From the NCBI GenBank assembly GCA_964016885.1, contig OZ024743.1, positions 333,560,001 to 333,624,000 of the forward strand: 64,000 nucleotides of DNA. Direction: 5' to 3'. The translations under genes and the position numbers were made by a program. A model generated the notes under the pieces. It saw only the letters and a program-made list of their open reading frames with translations. It was not told where the DNA came from and did not search any database. The stretch's first letter is position 1, and each line of letters opens with the position of its first letter. The DNA comes from Eledone cirrhosa (lineage: Eukaryota). Shown one piece after another: positions 54,201-64,000 of this stretch.

Positions 54201-57200
54201 ACTACTGTTGACCAATACTGTCATTATTGTCTACTACTGTTGACCAATACTTTCATTATTGTCTCCTACTGTTGACCAATACTGTCATTGTCTACTACTG
54301 TTGACCAATAATGTCATTATTCTCTACTACTGTTGAACAATACTTTCATTATTGACTACTACTGTTGACCAATACTGTCATATATGTCTACTACTGTTGA
54401 CCAATACTGTCATTATTGTCTACTACTGTTGACCAATACTTACATTATTGTCTACAACTGTTGATCAATACTTTCATTATTGTCTACTTCTGTTGACCAA
54501 TACTGTCATTATTGTCTACTACTGCTGACCAATAATGTCATTAATGTCTACTTCTGTTGATCAATACTGTCATTATTGTCTACTACTGTTGACCAATACT
54601 GTCATTATTGTCTACTACTGTTGACCAATACTTTCATTATTGTCTACTACAGTTGACCAATAATGTCATTATTCTCTACTACTGTTGACCAATACTTACA
54701 TTATTGTCTACAACTGTTGATCAATACTGTCAATATTGTCTACTACTGTTGACCAATACTGTCATTATTGTCTACTACTGTTGACCAATACTTAAATTAT
54801 TGTCTACAACTGTTGATCAATACTGTCAATATTGTCTACTACTGTTGACCAATACTGTCATTGTCTACTACTGTTGACCAATACTGTCATTATTGTCTAC
54901 TTCTGTTGACCAATACTGTTATTATTGTCTACTACTGTTGACCAATACTGTCATTATTGTCTACTACTGTTGACCAATATCTTCATTATTGTCTACTACT
55001 GTTGACCAATACTGTCCTTATTCTCTACTACTGTTGACCAATACTTTCATTATTGTCTACTTCTGTTGACCAATACTGTCATTATTGTCTACTACTGCTG
55101 ACCAATAATGTCATTATTGTCAACTACTGTTGACCAATACTGTCATTATTGTCTACTACTGTTGACCAATACTTTCATTATTGTCTCCTACTGTTGACCA
55201 ATACTGTCATTGTCTACTACTGTTGACCAATAATGTCATTATTCTCTACTACTGTTGACCAATACTTTCATTATTGACTACTACTGTTGACCAATACTGT
55301 CATATATGTCTACTACTGTTGACCAATACTGTCATTATTGTCTACTACTGTTGACCAATACTTACATTATTGTCTACAACTGTTGATCAATACTTTCATT
55401 GTCTACTACTGTTGACCAATACTGTCATTATTGTCTACTTCTGTTGATCAATACTGTCATTATTGTCTACTACTGTTGACCAATACTGTCATTATTGTCT
55501 ACTACTGTTGACCAATACTTTCATTATTGTCTACTACTGTTGACCAATAATGTCATTATTCTCTACTACTGTTGACCAATACTTTCATTATTGACTACTA
55601 CTGTTGACCAATACTGTCATTATTGTCTACTACTGTTGACCAATACTGTCATTGTCTACTTCTGTTGACCAATACTGTCATTATTGTCTACTACTGTTGA
55701 CCAATACTTACATTATTGTCTACAACTGTTGATCAATACTGTCAATATTGTCTACTACTGTTGACCAATACTGTAATTATTGTCTACTACTGTTGACCAA
55801 TACTGTCATTGTCTACTACTGTTGACCAATACTGTCATTATTGTCTACTTCTGTTGACCAATACTGTTATTATTGTCTACTACTGTTGACCAATACTGTC
55901 ATTATTGTCTACTACTGTTGACCAATACTTTCATTATTGCCTACTACTGTTGACCAATACTGTCATTATTGTCTACTACTGTTGACCAATACTGTCATTA
56001 TTGTCTACTACTGTTGATCAATACTGTCATTATTGTCTACTTCTGTTGACCAATACTGTCATTATTGTCTACTACTGTTGACCAATACTGTCATTATTGT
56101 CTACTACTGTTGACCAATACTGTCATTATTGTCTACTACTGTTGACCAATACTTAAATTATTGTCTACAACTGTTGATCAATACTGTCAATATTGTCTAC
56201 TACTGTTGACCAATACTGTCATTGTCTACTACTGTTGACCAATACTGTCATTATTGTCTACTTCTGTTGACCAATACTGTTATTATTGTCTACTACTGTT
56301 GACCAATACTGTCATTATTGTCTACTACTGTTGACCAATACATTCATTATTGCCTACTACTGTTGACCAATACTGTCATTATTGTCTACTACTGTTGACC
56401 AATACTGTCATTATTGTCTACTACTGTTGATCAATACTGTCATTATTGTCTACTTCTGTTGACCAATACTGTCATTATTGTCTACTACTGTTGACCAATA
56501 CTGTCATTATTGTCTACTACTGTTGACCAATACTTTCATTATTGTCTACTACTGTTGATCAATACTGTCATTATTCTCTACTACTGTTGACCAATACTGT
56601 CTTTATTGTCTACTTCTGTTGACCAATACTGTCCTTATTCTCTACTACTGTTGACCAATACTTTCATTATTGTCTACTTCTGTTGACCAATACTGTCATT
56701 ATTGTCTACTACTGTTGACCAATACTGTCTTTATTGTCTACTACTGTTGACCAATACTGTCATTATTGTCTACTTCTGTTGACCAATACTGTCATTATTG
56801 TCTACTACTGTTGACCAATACTGTCATTATTGTTTACTACTGTTGACCAATACTTTCATTATTGTCTACTACTGTTGACCAATACTGTCATTATTGTCTA
56901 CTTCTGTTGATCAATACTGTCATTATTCTCTACTACTGTTGACCAATAGTCATTATTGTCTACTTCTGTTGACCAATACTGTCCTTATTCTCTACTACTG
57001 TTGACCAATACTTTCATTGTTGTCTACTACTGTTGACCAATACTGTCATTATTGTCTACTACTGTTGACCAATACTGTCATTATTGTCTACTTCTGTTGA
57101 CCAATACTGTCATTATTGTCTACTACTGTTGACCAATACTGTCATTATTGTCTACTTCTGTTGACCAATAATGTCATTATTGTCTACTACTGTTGATCAA

Positions 57201-60200
57201 TACTTTCATTATTGACTACTACTGTTGACCAATACTGTCATTATTGTCTACTACTGTTGACCAATACTTTCATTATTGTCTACTACTGTTGACAAATACT
57301 GTCATTATTGTCTACTTCTGTTGACCAATACTGTCATTATTGTCTACTTCTGTTGACCAATACTGTCATTATTGTCTACTACTGTTGACCAATACTGTCA
57401 TTATTGTCTACTACTGTTGACCAATACTGTCATTATTGTCTACTACTGTTGACCAATACTGTCATTATTGTCCACATCTGTTGACCAATACTGTCATTAT
57501 TTTCTACTACTGTTGACCAATACTGTATATTATTGTCTACTACTGTTGACCAATATCTTCATTATTGTCTACTACTGTTGACCAATACTGTCCTTATTCT
57601 CTACTACTGTTGACCAATACTTTCATTATTGTCTACTTCTGTTGACCAATACTGTCATTATTGTCTACTACTGCTGACCAATAATGTCATTATTGTCAAC
57701 TACTGTTGACCAATACTGTTATTATTGTCTACTTCTGTTGACCAATACTGTCATTATTCTCTACTACTGTTGACCAATAATGTCATTATTCTCTACTACT
57801 GTTGACCAATACTGTCATTATTGTCTACTACTGTTGACCAATACTTTCATTATTGTCTCCTACTGTTGACCAATACTGTCATTGTCTACTACTGTTGACC
57901 AATAATGTCATTATTCTCTACTACTGTTGACCAATACTTTCATTATTGACTACTACTGTTGACCAATACTGTCATATATGTCTACTACTGTTGACCAATA
58001 CTGTCATTATTGTCTACTACTGTTGACCAATACTTACATTATTGTCTACAACTGTTGATCAATACTTTCATTGTCTACTACTGTTGACCAATACTGTCAA
58101 TATTGTCTACTACTGTTGACCAATAATGTCATTATTGTCTACTACTGTTGACCAATACTGTCATTATTGTCTACTTCTGTTGATCAATACTGTCATTATT
58201 GTCTACTACTGTTGACCAATACTGTCATTATTGTCTACTACTGTTGACCAATACTTTCATTATTGTCTACTACTGTTGACCAATAATGTCATTATTCTCT
58301 ACTACTGTTGACCAATACTTTCATTATTGACTACTACTGTTGACCAATACTGTCATTATTGTCTACTACTGTTGACCAATACTGTCATTATTGTCTACTT
58401 CTGTTGACCAATACTGTCATTATTGTCTACTACTGTTGACCAATACTTACATTATTGTCTACAACTGTTGATCAATACTGTCAATATGGTCTACTACTGT
58501 TGACCAATACTGTAATTATTGTCTACTACTGTTGACCAATACTGTCATTGTCTACTACTGTTGACCAATACTGTCATTATTGTCTACTTCTGTTGACCAA
58601 TACTGTTATTATTGTCTACTACTGTTGACCAATACTGTCATTATTGTCTACTACTGTTGACCAATACTTTCATTATTGCCTACTACTGTTGACCAATACT
58701 GTCATTATTGTCTACTACTGTTGACCAATACTGTCATTATTGTCTACTACTGTTGATCAATACTGTCATTATTGTCTACTTCTGTTGACCAATACTGTCA
58801 TTATTGTCTACTACTGTTGACCAATACTGTCATTATTGTCTACTACTGTTGACCAATACTTTCATTATTGTCTACTACTGTTGATCAATACTGTCATTAT
58901 TCTCTACTACTGTTGACCAATACTGTCTTTATTGTCTACTTCTGTTGACCAATAATGTCCTTATTCTCTACTACTGTTGACCAATACTTTCATTATTGTC
59001 TACTTCTGTTGACCAATACTGTCATTATTGTCTACTACTGTTGACCAATACTGTCTTTATTGTCTACTACTGTTGACCAATACTGTCATTATTGTCTACT
59101 TCTGTTGACCAATACTGTCATTATTGTCTACTACTGTTGACCAATACTGTCATTATTGTTTACTACTGTTGACCAATACTTTCATTATTGTCTACTACTG
59201 TTGACCAATACTGTCATTGTCTACTACTGTTGACCAATACTTACATTATTGTCTACAACTGTTGATCAATACTGTCAATATTGTCTACTACTGTTGACCA
59301 ATACTTTCATTATTGTCTACTACTGTTGACCAATACTGTCATTATTGTCTACTCTGTTGATCAATACTGTCATTATTGTCTACTTCTGTTGACCAATACT
59401 GTCATTATTGTCTACTGTTGACCAATACTGTCATTATTGTCTACTACTGTTGACCAATACTGTCATTATTGTCTACTTCTGTTGACCAATACTGTCATTA
59501 TTGTCCACTTCTGTTGACCAATACTGTCATTATTGTCTACTACTGTTGACCAATACTGTATATTATTGTCTACTAGTGTTGACCAATACTTTCATTATTG
59601 TCTACTACTGTTGACCAATACTGTCATTATTGTCTACTACTGTTGACCAATTCTGTCATTATTGTCTACTACAGTTGACCAATACTTTCATTATTGTCTA
59701 CTACTGTTGACCAATATCTTCATTATTGTCTACTACTGTTGATCAATACTGTCCTTATTCTCTACTACTGTTGACCAATACTGTTATTATTGTCTACTTC
59801 TGTTGACCAATACTGTCATTATTCTCTACTACTGTTGACCAATAATGTCATTATTCTCTACTACTGTTGACCAATACTGTCATTATTGTCTACTACTGTT
59901 GACCAATACTTTCATTATTGTCTCCTACTGTTGACCAATACTGTCATTGTCTACTACTGTTGACCAATAATGTCATTATTCTCTACTACTGTTGACCAAT
60001 ACTTTCATTATTGACTACTACTGTTGACCAATACTGTCATATATGTCTACTACTGTTGACCAATACTGTCATTATTGTCTACTGTTGACCAATACTTACA
60101 TTATTGTCTACAACTGTTGATCAATACTTTCATTGTCTACTACTGTTGACCAATACTGTCAATATTGTCTACTACTGTTGACCAATAATGTCATTATTGT

Positions 60201-63200
60201 CTACTACTGTTGACCAATACTGTCATTATTGTCTACTTCTGTTGATCAATACTGTCATTATTGTCTACTACTGTTGACCAATACTGTCATTATTGTCTAC
60301 TACTGTTGACCAATACTTTCATTATTGTCTACTACTGTTGACCAATAATGTCATTATTCTCTACTACTGTTGACCAATACTTTCATTATTGACTACTACT
60401 GTTGACCAATACTGTCATTATTGTCTACTATTGTTGACCAATACTGTCATTATTGTCTACTACTGTTGACCAATAGTGTCATTATTGTCTACTACTGTTG
60501 ACCAATACTGTCATTATTGTCCACTTCTGTTGACCAATACTGTCATTATTGTCTACTACTGTTGACCAATACTGTATATTATTGTCTACTAGTGTTGACC
60601 AATACTTTCATTATTGTCTACTACTGTTGACCAATACTGTCATTATTGTCTACTACTGTTGACCAATTCTGTCATTATTGTCTACTACTGTTGACCAATA
60701 CTTTCATTATTGTCTACTACTGTTGACCAATATCTTCATTATTGTCTACTACTGTTGACCAATACTGTCCTTATTCTCTACTACTGTTGACCAATACTTT
60801 CATTATTGTCTACTTCTGTTGACCAATACTGTCATTATTGTCTACTACTACTGACCAATAATGTCATTATTGTCAACTACTGTTGACCAATACTGTTATT
60901 ATTGTCTACTTCTGTTGACCAATACTGTCATTATTGTCTACTACTGTTGACCAATAATGTCATTATTCTCTACTACTGTTGACCAATACTGTCATTATTG
61001 TCTACTACTGTTGACCAATACTTTCATTATTGTCTCCTACTGTTGACCAATACTGTCATTGTCTACTACTGTTGACCAATAATGTCATTATTCTCTACTA
61101 CTGTTGAACAATACTTTCATTATTGACTACTACTGTTGACCAATACTGTCATATATGTCTACTACTGTTGACCAATACTGTCATTATTGTCTACTACTGT
61201 TGACCAATACTTACATTATTGTCTACAACTGTTGATCAATACTTTCATTATTGTCTACTTCTGTTGACCAATACTGTCATTATTGTCTACTACTGCTGAC
61301 CAATAATGTCATTAATGTCTACTTCTGTTGATCAATACTGTCATTATTGTCTACTACTGTTGACCAATACTGTCATTATTGTCTACTACTGTTGACCAAT
61401 ACTTTCATTATTGTCTACTACAGTTGACCAATAATGTCATTATTCTCTACTACTGTTGACCAATACTTACATTATTGTCTACAACTGTTGATCAATACTG
61501 TCAATATTGTCTACTACTGTTGACCAATACTGTCATTATTGTCTACTACTGTTGACCAATACTTAAATTATTGTCTACAACTGTTGATCAATACTGTCAA
61601 TATTGTCTACTACTGTTGACCAATACTGTCATTGTCTACTACTGTTGACCAATACTGTCATTATTGTCTACTTCTGTTGACCAATACTGTTATTATTGTC
61701 TACTACTGTTGACCAATACTGTCATTATTGTCTACTACTGTTGACCAATATCTTCATTATTGTCTACTACTGTTGACCAATACTGTCCTTATTCTCTACT
61801 ACTGTTGACCAATACTTTCATTATTGTCTACTTCTGTTGACCAATACTGTCATTATTGTCTACTACTGCTGACCAATAATGTCATTATTGTCAACTACTG
61901 TTGACCAATACTGTCATTATTGTCTACTACTGTTGACCAATACTTTCATTATTGTCTCCTACTGTTGACCAATACTGTCATTGTCTACTACTGTTGACCA
62001 ATAATGTCATTATTCTCTACTACTGTTGACCAATACTTTCATTATTGACTACTACTGTTGACCAATACTGTCATATATGTCTACTACTGTTGACCAATAC
62101 TGTCATTATTGTCTACTACTGTTGACCAATACTTACATTATTGTCTACAACTGTTGATCAATACTTTCATTGTCTACTACTGTTGACCAATACTGTCATT
62201 ATTGTCTACTTCTGTTGATCAATACTGTCATTATTGTCTACTACTGTTGACCAATACTGTCATTATTGTCTACTACTGTTGACCAATACTTTCATTATTG
62301 TCTACTACTGTTGACCAATAATGTCATTATTCTCTACTACTGTTGACCAATACTTTCATTATTGACTACTACTGTTGACCAATACTGTCATTATTGTCTA
62401 CTACTGTTGACCAATACTGTCATTGTCTACTTCTGTTGACCAATACTGTCATTATTGTCTACTACTGTTGACCAATACTTACATTATTGTCTACAACTGT
62501 TGATCAATACTGTCAATATTGTCTACTACTGTTGACCAATACTGTAATTATTGTCTACTACTGTTGACCAATACTGTCATTGTCTACTACTGTTGACCAA
62601 TACTGTCATTATTGTCTACTTCTGTTGACCAATACTGTTATTATTGTCTACTACTGTTGACCAATACTGTCATTATTGTCTACTACTGTTGACCAATACT
62701 TTCATTATTGTCTACTACTGTTGACCAATACTGTCATTATTGTCTACTTCTGTTGATCAATACTGTCATTATTCTCTACTACTGTTGACCAATAGTCATT
62801 ATTGTCTACTTCTGTTGACCAATACTGTCCTTATTCTCTACTACTGTTGACCAATACTTTCATTGTTGTCTACTACTGTTGACCAATACTGTCATTATTG
62901 TCTACTACTGTTGACCAATACTGTCATTATTGTCTACTTCTGTTGACCAATACTGTCATTATTGTCTACTACTGTTGACCAATACTGTCATTATTGTCTA
63001 CTTCTGTTGACCAATAATGTCATTATTGTCTACTACTGTTGATCAATACTTTCATTATTGACTACTACTGTTGACCAATACTGTCATTATTGTCTACTAC
63101 TGTTGACCAATACTTTCATTATTGTCTACTACTGTTGACAAATACTGTCATTATTGTCTACTTCTGTTGACCAATACTGTCATTATTGTCTACTTCTGTT

Positions 63201-64000
63201 GACCAATACTGTCATTATTGTCTACTACTGTTGACCAATACTGTCATTATTGTCTACTACTGTTGACCAATACTGTCATTATTGTCTACTACTGTTGACC
63301 AATACTGTCATTATTGTCCACATCTGTTGACCAATACTGTCATTATTTTCTACTACTGTTGACCAATACTGTATATTATTGTCTACTACTGTTGACCAAT
63401 ATCTTCATTATTGTCTACTACTGTTGACCAATACTGTCCTTATTCTCTACTACTGTTGACCAATACTTTCATTATTGTCTACTTCTGTTGACCAATACTG
63501 TCATTATTGTCTACTACTGCTGACCAATAATGTCATTATTGTCAACTACTGTTGACCAATACTGTTATTATTGTCTACTTCTGTTGACCAATACTGTCAT
63601 TATTCTCTACTACTGTTGACCAATAATGTCATTATTCTCTACTACTGTTGACCAATACTGTCATTATTGTCTACTACTGTTGACCAATACTTTCATTATT
63701 GTCTCCTACTGTTGACCAATACTGTCATTGTCTACTACTGTTGACCAATAATGTCATTATTCTCTACTACTGTTGACCAATACTTTCATTATTGACTACT
63801 ACTGTTGACCAATACTGTCATATATGTCTACTACTGTTGACCAATACTGTCATTATTGTCTACTACTGTTGACCAATACTTACATTATTGTCTACAACTG
63901 TTGATCAATACTTTCATTGTCTACTACTGTTGACCAATACTGTCAATATTGTCTACTACTGTTGACCAATAATGTCATTATTGTCTACTACTGTTGACCA
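39211..64000. repeat. 32-bp AT-rich tandem satellite/minisatellite array, roughly 780 monomers, continuing past the right edge. Consensus TACTGTTGACCAATACTGTCATTATTGTCTAC
   Basis: Read directly from the sequence. About 34% GC, with a HincII site (GTTGAC) in most units. Recurrent variants include 29-bp units (loss of TAT or TAC), 30-, 31- and 33-bp units, and substitutions (TTC/TAC, TTT/TGT, GATC/GACC, CCTAT/CCAAT). Confidence 0.99.

Larger units (their letters stand above)
38978..64000 (+). other. Inferred giant intron (at least 25 kb), almost entirely 32-bp satellite
   Basis: Starts with the GTAAGT donor, then about 230 bp of AT-rich unique sequence, then uninterrupted satellite to the window end. 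Confidence 0.7.

Noticed and set aside
1-64000. CRISPR-like appearance (32-bp and 49-bp repeats)
   Set aside because: The repeats are head-to-tail with no unique spacers and there are no cas genes. The context is a spliceosomal eukaryotic gene.
1-64000. Centromeric or telomeric satellite identity
   Set aside because: No telomeric motif or recognisable centromere-protein box is present, and the arrays flank a coding exon. Centromere function cannot be read from sequence alone.
1-64000. Similar copy numbers of the two arrays (792 versus about 780)
   Set aside because: Both arrays are cut off by the window edges, so the similarity is meaningless.

Overview
Eukaryotic (metazoan-looking) genomic DNA, about 99% tandem repeat. 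Two unrelated satellite/minisatellite arrays enclose a unique island of about 400 bp. (1) 1-38808 is a 49-bp monomer array of 792 units, in exact 49-bp register, with four recurrent biallelic sites and nested block duplications. (2) 39211-64000 is an AT-rich 32-bp monomer array of roughly 780 units, with 3-bp slippage variants and kb-scale duplications. The island holds a 120-bp + strand exon (38858-38977) that the ORF track misses, with a canonical polypyrimidine/CAG acceptor and an AGG|GTAAGT donor. It encodes a C-x2-C-x10-C-x2-C zinc ribbon (KFPDNEGPHDMPYESKFIKCSKCLRINNADARFCDWCGNR), tentatively DZANK1-like. Both arrays therefore appear to sit inside giant introns of one protein-coding gene. 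The 49-mer and its terminal A-rich tail look like the amplified 3' end of a retroposon; from memory they resemble an abundant Octopus SINE tail (unverified). All ORFs in the supplied track are artefacts of the 49-bp repeat. There is no CRISPR, rRNA or tRNA.
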